Shown here: piece after piece, positions 63,730 to 64,000 of the stretch
How positions within the stretch are numbered: the first letter of the stretch is position 1
How the letters are laid out: each line of letters starts with the position of its first letter
Origin: Planctomycetota bacterium
GTDB lineage: Bacteria > Planctomycetota > SZUA-567 > H5-PLA8
DNA: 64,000 bases
Direction of reading: 5' to 3'
NCBI GenBank assembly: GCA_038227875.1
Contig: JBBRPR010000018.1
Span: 32,001-96,000 of the forward strand
Notes under the pieces: model-generated
Told to the model about the DNA's origin: nothing
Seen by the model: only the letters and a program-made list of their open reading frames with translations
The model's database searches: none
Translations under genes and position numbers: made by a program

Positions 63730-63856
63730 GGGTATTATCCTCCGGATTTAACATGAGTTAGTTTACGTATCTTGCTCAACCGATGTATAATAACCCACGG
63801 AATGTCTAGGACATCAGGAGGCTTTTGCTAAAAACTTGGATAAAATTGCTCGAAAT

Positions 63857-64000
63857 ATGAAACTCTCCCCCGATTCTTTCCCGACCGTGGTGTTGCGCCG
63901 CGCCGCAGGCTTTTCCAGCGAACGTTCGCGGGCGCTCTGGTGGCATGTCCACGACCTGGCGCATCAGACCTGCGGCAGCGATTGGGGCTGCAGCCGAAAA
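63857..64000 (+). CDS. 5' end of a truncated ORF (MKLSPDSF...), possibly a regulator divergent from PhyH
   Basis: Open from ATG 63857 to the window end. The product cannot be identified. Confidence 0.35.
   Translation, partial: MKLSPDSFPTVVLRRAAGFSSERSRALWWHVHDLAHQTCGSDWGCSRK

Overview
GC-rich bacterial chromosomal window. It is most consistent with a Planctomycetota genome, an inference from the DUF1549/DUF1553 + DUF1501 pair, the FHA-GAF-sigma54 activator, two Ser/Thr kinases and the multiple PhyH and AraC paralogues. Left to right: UPF0158-like protein, MBL hydrolase, DUF1549/1553-DUF1501 operon, clpC, a conserved hypothetical gene and radA; an AraC/ADP-ribosylglycohydrolase/PhyH/eda catabolic-looking cluster; vWA-clpS; a tandem pair of RlaP-type (Nuc-transf) nucleotidyltransferases; a complete alternative complex III + caa3 oxidase operon (actA-F, small membrane protein, sco, coxII/I/III/IV) with a divergent Tat-exported aldo/keto reductase; an orphan HTH gene whose 3' end carries 8 copies of TGTCCG at an exact 10-bp period; then a secreted transglutaminase-like protein, sigma54 activator + kinase, metallophosphoesterase, GH42-like protein, radical SAM enzyme, M42 peptidase, aminotransferase, scpB, antiporter, second kinase, two large PKD surface proteins and a third PhyH. 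I saw no rRNA, tRNA, CRISPR array, transposase or integrase. Intergenic DNA contains several families of heptamer arrays and palindromic MITE/REP-like elements. The best candidates for undescribed biology are the HTH gene with intragenic 10-bp-phased repeats, the tandem nucleotidyltransferase pair, the interspersed palindromic repeat families, and a shared beta-rich domain after the PKD repeats. All family calls come from motif recognition by eye, not database searches.
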